Below are positions 27,289 to 36,712 of a DNA stretch of 64,000 nt, piece after piece. The notes under the pieces were generated by a model. It saw only the letters and a list, made by a program, of their open reading frames with translations, had not been told where the DNA came from and searched no databases. The position numbers were made by a program, and so were the translations under genes. Each line of letters starts with the position of its first letter. Positions within the stretch are counted from its first letter, which is position 1. Source of the stretch: Bacteroidia bacterium (GTDB taxonomy: Bacteria > Bacteroidota > Bacteroidia > NS11-12g > UBA9320); assembly GCA_020053795.1 (NCBI GenBank), contig JAGVMN010000012.1, positions 11,347 through 75,346 on the forward strand. Direction: 5' to 3'.

Positions 27289-29412
27289 ATGGACGCAACA
27301 ACAACGACAGACAGGAGGCCAGCATGTAACGGCAGTTTTGCAAAAAAGCGGGTTAAGTGCTTCTATGGCACCTTAGTGCTTTGTTCAAGTTTAGTGCTTC
27401 TATTGAACATTTGTGCTGAAAATTCGCCATTTCGCCAAGCCCGAAACTGTTATCTATTGTTATCCGTTCTGGTATTTTCCATCAGTGCTAAGGGAGATAC
27501 CATTCCCGGAAACATTGAAACCAGAAAGGTGATTACGGGGCAGTTCTCGGAACAGGGAGTCAATAATATTTACGAAATCGTCAGGGTTATCAGTCGCTAT
27601 GAAATTGATGCTCTGAACGCTTTTACCCTTCGCGATGTATTGGTGAATGAACTTAATGCTTTTGTGGTTTATAACAGCAGAGAAGGGAGTTTGTTAAACT
27701 TTCAGGGAACGGGATTGCGAAACATTAAAATTTTACTGAACGGGGTGCCCATGCTTCCGCATTCTATGGATATACAGGATGTCAGCCAGTTTCCCTTGAA
27801 CAACATCGAACGAATAGAAATATTGGAAGGACCTGCATCTGTAATGTATGGAACCCATGCCGTTTCAACAGTCATTAATCTGATCCCCTTTCAATTTCAA
27901 AGCAGAACGACAGAGGTGTTTGCAAAAGGAACTGATGTTTCATTGGGTGATTACAATATAGAAGCCGGATTGGGTTACCGATCAGGGAAAAATGACTTTC
28001 AGATTTACGCCGGTCGTTATTTATTCACTGGATTACAAGGCATCGATTCCGGCAGGGTATTGCAGTGGAAGCCTAAAAATCAGACTTTTTTCAATGCCCA
28101 ATACCGTTACAGATTCTATAAAGGTTTGGAAGCGTATGCCTTTTCAAATCTGTACTTCGATCAGGTGGAAGACAAAGGTTATCCTGTGAACCAAAGTATC
28201 AGGGCTTATGACCACAACTATAAAACCAGCCGCATTAACTTCGGAGGAGGAATTTCAGGAAAACTGACGAAATATCATACCCTCGATGCCCTATTCAATT
28301 TCAACCGCTACAATTGGTACGATGAATATTTCCTTAGAGATTTATCCACCCTTGAGTCTTACCCATTAAACAACAATCAGGTAAGGGATACCTTTCAATA
28401 TTCTTATTTTTTTGGCAGGGCAGTACTTTCACGCCACAGCGATCAAAATCCCGTCAATTATCAGTTAGGCGTTGAGTTAAATTACCAACGCGATAATTTC
28501 GACAAGGTAAAAAAAGGTATTTATCCTGATATCACCGAGATGGCAGTTTTCGCATTAATCAGTTGGCAACCCACCGAACAATTTGGAATAAAAGGTGGAT
28601 TACGTGCCACCAACAGTTCTAAGTTTAAAACCCCGGTCACTCCGGAACTTAGATTGAAATACCATATAAACAAAAACGTTAAAGTGCTGGGAACTTATGC
28701 CAACGCTTTCAGGGTACCGACTTTCAACGAGCTTTTTGCCAACGGCCCCGATTTAGGTTACACACTCAAAGGCAATCTCAATCTCAAGGCCGAGGTATCT
28801 AATAACTTTTATGCCTCGTTGATGTGGCACTCACAGAAACTGAGATTGTACAGCACGTTCTTCGTCAATAACCGAAAAAACGGAATTGAGCTTGTGAGCA
28901 GAGAAAATGCTGTTTACGTTTACCGAAATGAAGGAAAACTTCGGAATCTGGGAACCAGAATAAGTTTTGAATCCATTGGAAAAAATTTATGGTTAAAGAT
29001 TGGTTTTGCAACCACCGGAGTAAACAGTTTACCGGGTGAAGTAGGTGCTTATTACTTCTCTCAGGAATTGATTGCCCAATTTCATATAAAATTACCGGGC
29101 CATTGGGCGATTGCGTCATACAGCAAAATACAGGGAAAACGGAGAGATGAACGGAGAAATATCAAACAGGAACTAGAGTTTTCCGTACTGACCGGCTTTG
29201 CTTTGAGCGATCTTTCCTTGCGGAAAGAACTGCCTGCTATTGGCCTGACCGTGATGGGGGGTCTCAAGAACATATTTTCTAATACCACTATTTTTGAAAG
29301 CATTTCTTTGATTGATGAAAACGACCTTGAAATTTTTGACAGAAAAATTCCACAATCCATAGACTATGGCAGACGCTTTTTTGTTACACTTACCTATCGT
29401 TTGAAAAAATGA
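27289..29412 (+). CDS. TonB-dependent outer-membrane receptor (true start probably downstream of 27289)
   Basis: Plug-domain block NIERIEILEGPASVMYGTHAVSTVINLI, followed by a long beta-barrel region with alternating strands. The first ~50 codons (to ~27440) are poorly signal-peptide-like and contain DNA direct repeats. Confidence 0.75.
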   Translation: MDATTTTDRRPACNGSFAKKRVKCFYGTLVLCSSLVLLLNICAENSPFRQARNCYLLLSVLVFSISAKGDTIPGNIETRKVITGQFSEQGVNNIYEIVRVISRYEIDALNAFTLRDVLVNELNAFVVYNSREGSLLNFQGTGLRNIKILLNGVPMLPHSMDIQDVSQFPLNNIERIEILEGPASVMYGTHAVSTVINLIPFQFQSRTTEVFAKGTDVSLGDYNIEAGLGYRSGKNDFQIYAGRYLFTGLQGIDSGRVLQWKPKNQTFFNAQYRYRFYKGLEAYAFSNLYFDQVEDKGYPVNQSIRAYDHNYKTSRINFGGGISGKLTKYHTLDALFNFNRYNWYDEYFLRDLSTLESYPLNNNQVRDTFQYSYFFGRAVLSRHSDQNPVNYQLGVELNYQRDNFDKVKKGIYPDITEMAVFALISWQPTEQFGIKGGLRATNSSKFKTPVTPELRLKYHINKNVKVLGTYANAFRVPTFNELFANGPDLGYTLKGNLNLKAEVSNNFYASLMWHSQKLRLYSTFFVNNRKNGIELVSRENAVYVYRNEGKLRNLGTRISFESIGKNLWLKIGFATTGVNSLPGEVGAYYFSQELIAQFHIKLPGHWAIASYSKIQGKRRDERRNIKQELEFSVLTGFALSDLSLRKELPAIGLTVMGGLKNIFSNTTIFESISLIDENDLEIFDRKIPQSIDYGRRFFVTLTYRLKK
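27353..27428 (+). repeat. Four degenerate ~19-bp direct repeats (TTA-AGTGCTT-CTAT type)
   Basis: AGTGCTT occurs at 27356, 27375 and 27393, and TGTGCTG at 27412, giving spacings of 19, 18 and 19 nt. The repeats lie in the doubtful N-terminal extension of the TonB-receptor ORF. Confidence 0.6.
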
Positions 29413-30416
29413 GTGTTGTCCGTTCATTATTTATACTGTACATATACTTTCTTGCAGGTTGCATAGGTCAGGAACAACCTATACTTGACAAGAAACCCGA
29501 TCTCATGCAAATTATGGATACGGCCACCGGTCCAAGGCACTACTATGTGAATCTTAGAACCCGCGAGGTTGTATCTTCGGTTAGCATTTATGATTGGGAC
29601 CTGGCCTTTGATTGTCGAAAAAATGGCTTCGAGATTTTTGTGAACTCAGCAAAAGGAATGGGAGTTTATAATTCGGAAACCACATTTTTCGAAACACTTT
29701 TCGAATCAATTAATTACAATTGGGCATTTGATAATATCAAAGAAGATTTCTCAAAAACAGCTATTGGTGCCTGGGGAGATTTTTCTTTCTTAAACCCGCA
29801 ATCTTTTAAATTCGTTTATCTCGTCAACAGGGGACAGGATTTCCATCAACAATCACTTGGTTTCAAGAAACTGATGATTCAAGGCAGCAAAAATGGCATC
29901 TATTCTATTCGTTATGCAAATTATGACAATACCGATGAACATATATTTTCCGTACAAAAAAGATCCGATGTCAGCTTTGTGTACTTTTCCTTTGAAGGTG
30001 GAGGTCAATTAAAAGAAGTAGAACCAAGAGGAAAAGACTGGGATTTTCTGTTAACCCCATACATAGACAGTACATATAGCGGCAACCGGGAACAATTTAT
30101 ATTGAACAACCAATTATCAGTGTATGATGGCATTCTGATTAACCCTGAGAATAGATGGGTGACATCCGATACAACACATTCTTTTGAAGAAATAGATTTC
30201 AGAAAATTTAATAGCTATATTTATTCGCGACAACAGAATTTAATTGGTTGCCAATTTTACCGGTGGGACTGGTCCACTAAGAAATTTCAAACCCGAAAAA
30301 ACAGGACATATCTGATAAAAGATCATAGAGACTATGTATATAAACTTCGCTTTCTTGAGTTTAATCGCAATGATTTTAATGCTGTTTCGTTGAGCTTCGA
30401 GGTTAAAAATTTGTAA
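29409..30416 (+). CDS. HmuY-like lipoprotein (putative haem/metal-associated partner of the receptor)
   Basis: Lipoprotein signal (YFLAGC). The YDWDLAF motif resembles the WD(I/L)AF block I associate with HmuY-family proteins. Overlaps the receptor stop by 4 nt. Confidence 0.45.
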   Translation: MSVVRSLFILYIYFLAGCIGQEQPILDKKPDLMQIMDTATGPRHYYVNLRTREVVSSVSIYDWDLAFDCRKNGFEIFVNSAKGMGVYNSETTFFETLFESINYNWAFDNIKEDFSKTAIGAWGDFSFLNPQSFKFVYLVNRGQDFHQQSLGFKKLMIQGSKNGIYSIRYANYDNTDEHIFSVQKRSDVSFVYFSFEGGGQLKEVEPRGKDWDFLLTPYIDSTYSGNREQFILNNQLSVYDGILINPENRWVTSDTTHSFEEIDFRKFNSYIYSRQQNLIGCQFYRWDWSTKKFQTRKNRTYLIKDHRDYVYKLRFLEFNRNDFNAVSLSFEVKNL

Positions 30417-30458
30417 GTACAAAGGCTTATTTCTAAGTTTGCCGCCTAATCAAATCTG

Positions 30459-31535
30459 ATGACTAACACCAATAAACTTCTTCTTCTGATCACATTTTTT
30501 TTTCTTGCCTGCAAACTACCAAAATTGATAAGGCAGCCCCTGTCATCAAATGAAAAACATTTGAAAAATATCACCCAACTGACTTTCGGTGGCGACAATG
30601 CCGAGGCCTATTTTAGTTTTGACAATAAGAATCTGATTTTCCAGTCTAATTATAAGGCATGGGGGGTTGAATGTGATCAGATATTCAACATGAATATTCA
30701 CGCCGCCCTGAGAGATACCCTCAGACCACCTATGCTCAGTACAGGCAAAGGCCGAACAACTTGCTCTTATTTTATGCCGGGCAATCAAAGTATTCTTTAC
30801 GCTTCCACTCATCTTGGTGGCGATGCATGTCCGCCGAATCCCGATATGGGTAAATTGAAAAAATATCTCTGGCCTGTTTACAATACTTTCGACATTTTCG
30901 TGAGTGATTTGAACGGAACCATCACCAAACAACTGACCAAGGAACCCGGGTATGATGCTGAAGCAACGGTTTCACCAAAAGGTGATAAAATTGTTTTTAC
31001 TTCAGATCGCTCCGGCGATCTGGAACTTTATGTAATGGACATTGATGGCAGCAATGTGAAACAGGTAACAAACCGCCTGGGGTATGATGGCGGGGCATTT
31101 TTTTCACCGGACGGTTCCATGCTCGTTTTTCGGGCATCCAGACCTACGTCAGAGGCCGAAATAAGGGAGTACGGCGATTTACTGGCTCGGGGATTGGTGG
31201 CACCTACCAACATGGAAATCTATGTTTGTAATGTGGACGGAAGCAATCTGCGTCAGATAACCAAATTGGGCAAAGCCAATTGGGCACCGTTTTTTCACCC
31301 TTCGGGAAAAAAGATCATCTTTTCTTCCAATCACCAGTCAGATGCCCGTGGGTTTGACTTTCATTTATACATGATCAATCTCGATGGAACAGGGCTTGAA
31401 AAAATTACCAATGAGAGCCATTTCAATGCTTTTCCCATGTTTTCACACAATGGTAAAAAACTGGTGTTTTCTTCCAACCGAAACAACGGCGGAACGCGTG
31501 ATACTAATTTGTTTATAGCCGACTGGGCGGATTGA
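30459..31535 (+). CDS. PD40/TolB-like beta-propeller repeat protein
   Basis: Repeated PD40 units (SPKGDKIVFTSDRSGDLELYVMDIDGSNVKQVT; FSPDGSMLVFRASR; FHPSGKKIIFSSNHQS...LYMINLDGTGLEKIT; FSHNGKKLVFSSNRN). Confidence 0.75.
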   Translation: MTNTNKLLLLITFFFLACKLPKLIRQPLSSNEKHLKNITQLTFGGDNAEAYFSFDNKNLIFQSNYKAWGVECDQIFNMNIHAALRDTLRPPMLSTGKGRTTCSYFMPGNQSILYASTHLGGDACPPNPDMGKLKKYLWPVYNTFDIFVSDLNGTITKQLTKEPGYDAEATVSPKGDKIVFTSDRSGDLELYVMDIDGSNVKQVTNRLGYDGGAFFSPDGSMLVFRASRPTSEAEIREYGDLLARGLVAPTNMEIYVCNVDGSNLRQITKLGKANWAPFFHPSGKKIIFSSNHQSDARGFDFHLYMINLDGTGLEKITNESHFNAFPMFSHNGKKLVFSSNRNNGGTRDTNLFIADWAD

Positions 31536-32167
31536 AATTCGATTTGAAGATGAGAAACACAAATCCGGCTATAGATGCCTACATTCTTAAGTCAGCAGAC
31601 TTCGCACAGCCCATTATGATTCATCTTCGCGAACTTGTGCATGCCACATGCCCCGATGTAGAAGAGAAGATGAAATGGAGTTTTCCGCATTTCGATTATA
31701 AGGGAGAAATGATGTGTAGCATGGCTGCCTTCAAACAGCACTGCGTCTTTGGCTTTTGGAAAGCCAGCATCATACCCGATCCTCAAAAGATTCTAACCCC
31801 TGTGGGCGAAACTGCTATGGGCAACTTCGGGAAAATTACCCGGCTGGAAGATTTGCCGGCTGATGATATTTTGATAGCATACATCAAAGAAGCAAAGCGG
31901 TTGAATGATGAGGGAGTAAAAGTGAAACCGAATACCAAAGCTAAAGCGGAACTCCCAGTACCGGATTACATGATGGACGCTATTCGAAAAGATGCAAAGG
32001 CACTGGAAACCTTTGTGAATTTCAGCGTCAGTTGCAAGCGTGAATATGTGGAGTGGGTGACTGAAGCCAAAAGTGAAGAAACCCGTTTAAAAAGACTGGA
32101 TCAGGCCATAGAATGGATGGCAGAAGGCAAAATACGGAACTGGAAATATGTGAAGAAGTATTTTTAG
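31532..32167 (+). CDS. DUF1801 (YdhG-like) plus YdeI/OmpD-associated domain protein
   Basis: N-terminal KWSFPHFDYKGEMMCSMAAFKQHCVFGFW (DUF1801 pattern). C-terminal FVNFSVSCKREYVEWVTEAKSEETRLKRLDQAIEWMAEGK (YdeI pattern). Confidence 0.7.
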   Translation: MKFDLKMRNTNPAIDAYILKSADFAQPIMIHLRELVHATCPDVEEKMKWSFPHFDYKGEMMCSMAAFKQHCVFGFWKASIIPDPQKILTPVGETAMGNFGKITRLEDLPADDILIAYIKEAKRLNDEGVKVKPNTKAKAELPVPDYMMDAIRKDAKALETFVNFSVSCKREYVEWVTEAKSEETRLKRLDQAIEWMAEGKIRNWKYVKKYF

Positions 32168-32297
32168 AATTAAACCCATCAACTATTAAGGTGAGCCAAT
32201 TGTAGGGATATATTGGTTTCATAAAGTTAGAAAAAAATATGGGTTTAACTCTTGATTCGAATTATTGCCACAGTTGGATAAAAGCATTTTCGAGATT

Positions 32298-34601
32298 CTA
32301 ACGAAAGACTTTAACAGTTCCAGATTTATAAAGCCTTTCGTTATTGTTGAGTTGCACAGATATCAGGTAGAAATAAATGCCGTTTGGAGCAATGCGGTCT
32401 AGGTAAGTTCCGTCCCATTGAGTTATGTCTTCTTTTGAAACAAATATCTTTTCGCCCCACCGATTATAAATATCAAAATGAATGCTCGCTATTTCGCAAT
32501 CAGTAAATGGTCTAAATGTGTCATTCAAATTATCGCCATTCGGACTGAAAGCATCTGGCATAAAAAAATAACACTCACAATTTTCCAACTCAACGTTAAC
32601 AGTGTCATGAGATACGCAATTACCTTTTTGAATAGATAAGATATAGGTGCCTGTCTTGTCAACTGTTATTGCTTCGCCGTTTGAGCCTGTGTTCCATGAG
32701 AATAATAATCCGGAAGATGTTATATCTGGACTTAAAGTTATTTGGCCACATAGGGCAGTATCTTCTGGCAAATAATCTTCAGGAACCTTTATGACTTGAA
32801 AGTTTTTGCCTATTTTCCTACTCAAATTTTGCCTGAATATTTTGGCTGAAACAGAATAACCCGAAGCATTAAAATATTGATGATTAATTTGATTTTTAGT
32901 TGATGTTAAAGTACTAAGATCACCGAAATTCCAAATTACCGAATCAAATGCAGTTTCATCAAGGGTAAATACTGTAGAGGCTCCAAGGCAAAGCGAGTCC
33001 ACTCTTAATTCACAGTTAATAAAGTCAATCAAAATGGTGTCTGCCGTTTTACAATAGTCATTACTAATCGCTACCCAAACTAACTCTTGGGAGGAAATCG
33101 TTTTAGTAAAGGCGTTATCACCATTTCTCCAAATGATTTTGTTTTTTTCTGCGGTATCTAAACGTAAAGTCAAGCTTTCTCCATTGCAAAGCAATGTGTC
33201 ATTTCCTAAATTTGGGTTTGGCAATTCATAAATACGAATTGTATCTGAAAGTGTCTCAATAGCGTTTGGATAGAACAACGTGGCTTTTATTTCGAATCTG
33301 CCGCTGGAAATATAGCTGTAAAATACTGAATCAGATTTGACTGTTTGGTTGTTGCCATCTCCAAAATCCCATATCACAGAATCTGCACTCCATCTATTAA
33401 TTTTAAAATATACAGAATCGCCAATACAGGAATTTGAAAATTCAAGATATGGGCGGTACAAATTTGTTTGTACCGCGTTTGGCAAACCAAAGTGTACAAT
33501 TTCAGAAGGGAATTTCATTGATCTATATTGAAATCCACAAGATAACCCAATTTTATCAGGATTTTTTATTTCCGAAAGATATTGGTGTGTCCCTGTTCCG
33601 TTCAAATAAATTATGTTGTTTGGACCTCTCTGAAGTGAACCAAAACCAAATGACGTATTGATCTCTTCAAATAATTTCGTGTAATTTGTTCCTTGTAACG
33701 AATCATTACCTATATCGCTAGTTTTACATTGGTATAAGGCAAAGTATTTCCCTTTAATATCTGTAAAATACAGAAGCTCAGAATTGTTTGAAAATTCCAT
33801 GCTATATGACCTGACATTTGCAATAAATCTCTGATTCGATAATTTTCCTGTAGAATTATCAAAATCGAATAAGTATATTTTCGGGTTTTTAATGTTGTCG
33901 TTCGTAATTACCAAATTCTTGCTGTCTGGCGAAAACTTCAATTGAGACCGCCTTCTTTGACTATCCAATTGGTATTGATCCGATGAATGCAATTGAATTC
34001 CGTTTCTGGTTAAAAGATAGATGTAAATTCTATTCGTCTCAGCTTGAACAGTTACTATCCAGATATCTATTTTATTTTTATGGTAAATTGCAGAGATGCT
34101 TTCGGTTGAAGAGTCCATAAGTGGTACATTTTTCACAACGATTTCGCCAAGCCCGTTTTCCTTCCCTAAATCAACAATTGAATAATAAACACCTGTTGCC
34201 AGGTCAGGTAGCCAATATTTCAATTTGTAATAGGATTCGACCGCAGTCGAGAATATATAATATTGGTTAGAAGAATTAGGCTGGCGAACAATTAATGCTG
34301 ATTGTGCACTAGTTGAATGCCCATTTAGACCAAAACCATATTTTAGGGTGTCGTGGTTTTTATTCCAAACAGTTACCCCATCAGTGTAGAAAAGCAGGCT
34401 TCCGTTTGAGTCAGCTATGCTCGCACTTCCTTCGTCAGTATTGATACTGCCGTTGGTAAGCATTTGTGCCGGTGTTGCATTAAAATCGAGCCCGGCCCCA
34501 TCGCCAAAATACCAGATGTTTGCTTCTTTCTGTGCGAACAATGATGCACAAAATGCTAACGAACTCAAGAAAAACAGTATTTCACCTTTAAAGGTATTCA
34601 T
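32298..34601 (-). CDS. Surface protein with PKD-like repeats and T9SS type-B (gliding-motility-associated) C-terminal domain
   Basis: Signal peptide. Repeat blocks WDFGDGNNQTV and WNFGDLSTLT. C-terminus CYFFMPDAFSPNGDNLNDTFRP...YNRWGEKIF...WDGTY...NGIYFYLISV. Confidence 0.8.
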   Translation of the reverse strand: MNTFKGEILFFLSSLAFCASLFAQKEANIWYFGDGAGLDFNATPAQMLTNGSINTDEGSASIADSNGSLLFYTDGVTVWNKNHDTLKYGFGLNGHSTSAQSALIVRQPNSSNQYYIFSTAVESYYKLKYWLPDLATGVYYSIVDLGKENGLGEIVVKNVPLMDSSTESISAIYHKNKIDIWIVTVQAETNRIYIYLLTRNGIQLHSSDQYQLDSQRRRSQLKFSPDSKNLVITNDNIKNPKIYLFDFDNSTGKLSNQRFIANVRSYSMEFSNNSELLYFTDIKGKYFALYQCKTSDIGNDSLQGTNYTKLFEEINTSFGFGSLQRGPNNIIYLNGTGTHQYLSEIKNPDKIGLSCGFQYRSMKFPSEIVHFGLPNAVQTNLYRPYLEFSNSCIGDSVYFKINRWSADSVIWDFGDGNNQTVKSDSVFYSYISSGRFEIKATLFYPNAIETLSDTIRIYELPNPNLGNDTLLCNGESLTLRLDTAEKNKIIWRNGDNAFTKTISSQELVWVAISNDYCKTADTILIDFINCELRVDSLCLGASTVFTLDETAFDSVIWNFGDLSTLTSTKNQINHQYFNASGYSVSAKIFRQNLSRKIGKNFQVIKVPEDYLPEDTALCGQITLSPDITSSGLLFSWNTGSNGEAITVDKTGTYILSIQKGNCVSHDTVNVELENCECYFFMPDAFSPNGDNLNDTFRPFTDCEIASIHFDIYNRWGEKIFVSKEDITQWDGTYLDRIAPNGIYFYLISVQLNNNERLYKSGTVKVFR

Positions 34602-34659
34602 TCTAAAGCAAATATAAGAGACGTATTTATTAATACGGCTCTTTAAAGTCCAAATTTAA

Positions 34660-35295
34660 TTAATAGAAATGAAAGGTTGCACTATTTGGGCCGGTGACCG
34701 TCACATGAATTGCGATAAACTGAGAGCCACATGGAATTTGAGTAATATATGTTGTTGTGGGTAAGTAAGGAAATGCTGTCAGCATTGGCCAAGGTTCAGG
34801 AACAAATGGTGCGAGAGGGTATGGATTAATTCGGAATTTAAAGTGCGTCGGGCAAGCACAATTGTTAGGATTCTCTGAACAATTGGGCCACTTCAACTCA
34901 TAAGCAAACAATGTCTTAATGCTACCAGGTCCCGGAGGGACTAGATTATTCTGAGGTCCACCACTTTTATCATCAGCGGGAACAATATCACCGCAAGGAT
35001 TGGAAAGCGTGTAATTCCAAAAGAAATCGAGAGCACATGGCAAATCATTAATAATTGTCATTTCCCAACATTCATTGGGTTTTTGCCACCAATAACCTCC
35101 ACGCGTAGGGCAAGATGGACATTGCCCTACATCAGGCACCCAGGCTCCATTGTAATAAACCTCTGGTGGTACCCAGGTATTCGTTGTACAAACTACCCAT
35201 GTTTGACCACCCTGGCCAAACGAAGTCATCGCAAAAAATGCAAGAATTAAAAATAGCGAGAATTTTTTTACGTCGTGCAGTGTTGTGTTTTTCAT
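34660..35295 (-). CDS. Hypothetical secreted Cys/Trp/Pro-rich protein
   Basis: Signal peptide (FSLFLILAFFAMTSFGQ). About 12 Cys and many Trp/Pro (CPSCPTRGGYWWQKPNECWE; NCSENPNNCACPTHF). Lies 58 nt upstream of, and co-oriented with, the T9SS type-B gene. No family was recognised. Confidence 0.5.
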   Translation of the reverse strand: MKNTTLHDVKKFSLFLILAFFAMTSFGQGGQTWVVCTTNTWVPPEVYYNGAWVPDVGQCPSCPTRGGYWWQKPNECWEMTIINDLPCALDFFWNYTLSNPCGDIVPADDKSGGPQNNLVPPGPGSIKTLFAYELKWPNCSENPNNCACPTHFKFRINPYPLAPFVPEPWPMLTAFPYLPTTTYITQIPCGSQFIAIHVTVTGPNSATFHFY

Positions 35296-35508
35296 AATAC
35301 GAAGAATTTAAGTTAAACAAAATTGAAAATCTTAACAAAGTAAAATAATGGCATCCAATAAAACAAGACAATATTGTCATTTTATTGACAACGAGTTCTA
35401 AAACGACGATTTCTTGCAACTGACACAAAAGCCTTATATCGTCTGACTTCCATGTATAAGAAATCGCTGCTCTACTCATCGGATTCGGGCTTGAAGTTGT
35501 AGGCCTTT

Positions 35509-35568
35509 CGAAACTGTTTCAGGCCATTAAACAGATGTCATAAGGGAAAATCCGGAACTGGAAATATG
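35509..35568 (+). pseudogene. Orphan copy of the 3' end of the DUF1801/YdeI gene (copy of 32101-32160)
   Basis: The 60-nt ungapped alignment has 51 identities by my count. It includes an identical run GGAACTGGAAATATGTGA. The copy's translation is interrupted by a stop (FQAIKQMS*GKIRNWKYVRK*). Confidence 0.75.
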
Positions 35569-35602
35569 TGAGGAAGTAGCACTTTAACTGAATATTTTAA
35601 AA

Positions 35603-35809
35603 TCACGTTCTTCTGGCAAAAGCAATGATATGTCCATCGGGGTCTGAAACATACCCAACCGTGTCACCCCAATCCCTGTCCTGAATTTCGCTTATTTGAA
35701 TGGCTCCGGCCTCGATCGCCCTTTTATAGGCTGCCTCCAAATCCTCAGAAAGTACATAAAGCTCACATCTCGGAATTCCATTCCCGGAATTAAGAATAAC
35801 TTCTGTCAT
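35603..35809 (-). pseudogene. N-terminally truncated glyoxalase/VOC-family gene remnant
   Basis: The C-terminal VOC-like text is AIEAGAIQISEIQDRDWGDTVGYVSDPDGHIIAFA. The frame is open only back to 35884, with no plausible full-length (~120 aa) N-terminus. Confidence 0.5.
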
Positions 35810-36046
35810 CGCCGGAACAACTAAAACCGGTTCATTTTGAAGAATAATTGAATAAAAACTTCCGCTTTTCTGCTGATCAGCTACTTATAGAATTACTTCG
35901 AATTGTAATATTTTAAATGGGAAAGGAACTTAAATGACCAAGGTTAATTTATACTATCTGTCATGGCTATAATACCTCAATTTGCTGATTTCTGAATCGT
36001 ACAAAAAATATGGCAGAATCTGAGTGAAATGATGATTAACAGGTCG

Positions 36047-36712
36047 CTAAATTGTGGTTGTAATTTCGCCCTCAGTATGCTCGATTTTGTAAATGAATTC
36101 TGTGAGTTCAGTGGTAAAAGAATCAAGGGACTGGGCTGATTCGTTTAATAAACGCAACATGTTAAGTTGCTCTTCCGGCGAATGGGCATATTTCAGGAGC
36201 ATATCTGACAGTCCTAGAATATTGGCCACAGGTTGTCTAACCTTGTGTGAAATCATAAAAAGCATTTCTTCCAGAGATTTCATGTGTTGCTTTCGTTCTT
36301 CTTCTGCCTTTATCTTTTCGTCAATTGGAAATCTCAACGAGAAGTACTGTATGATATCATCCTTATCATTCCTTACCGGCAGAATGACACTGTGTTGCCA
36401 AAAGAACGACCCATCTTTTGCCTTACTTTTAACTTCGCCCTGCCAGATTTTGCCTTGTGTTATGGTATCCCAAAGCCTTTTAAAAAACTTTTTATCATGG
36501 TGACCGGATTTGACAATGCGATGATTTTGCCCGAGCAATTCAACCTCCGAATATTGGCTTATTTCACAAAATTTTCTGTTAACATAAATGATGTTCCCAA
36601 GAGTATCAGTGATCGAACAAATAATGTTAAGATCAATGGCTTGCTGATAGACGCGTAAAAGCCGCAGTAATTCATTTTTTGAAATTCCGCTAATATTTTG
36701 TGCATCCTTCAT
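36047..36712 (-). CDS. PAS domain protein with HisKA-like dimerisation/phosphoacceptor helix but no ATPase domain
   Basis: PAS block (IICSITDTLGNIIYVNRKFCEISQYSEVELLGQNHRIVKSGHH...GKIWQGEVKSKAKDGSFFWQHSVILP). H-box-like FMISHKVRQPVANILGLSDML. The protein ends ~60 aa later without N/G1/G2 boxes. Confidence 0.65.
   Translation of the reverse strand: MKDAQNISGISKNELLRLLRVYQQAIDLNIICSITDTLGNIIYVNRKFCEISQYSEVELLGQNHRIVKSGHHDKKFFKRLWDTITQGKIWQGEVKSKAKDGSFFWQHSVILPVRNDKDDIIQYFSLRFPIDEKIKAEEERKQHMKSLEEMLFMISHKVRQPVANILGLSDMLLKYAHSPEEQLNMLRLLNESAQSLDSFTTELTEFIYKIEHTEGEITTTI

Noticed and set aside
35132-35479. A 115-aa ORF overlapping the start of the Cys-rich protein gene
   Set aside because: It overlaps the better-supported gene at 34660-35295 in another frame, extends into the decayed ydeI-fragment region, and has no motif. 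It is likely spurious.
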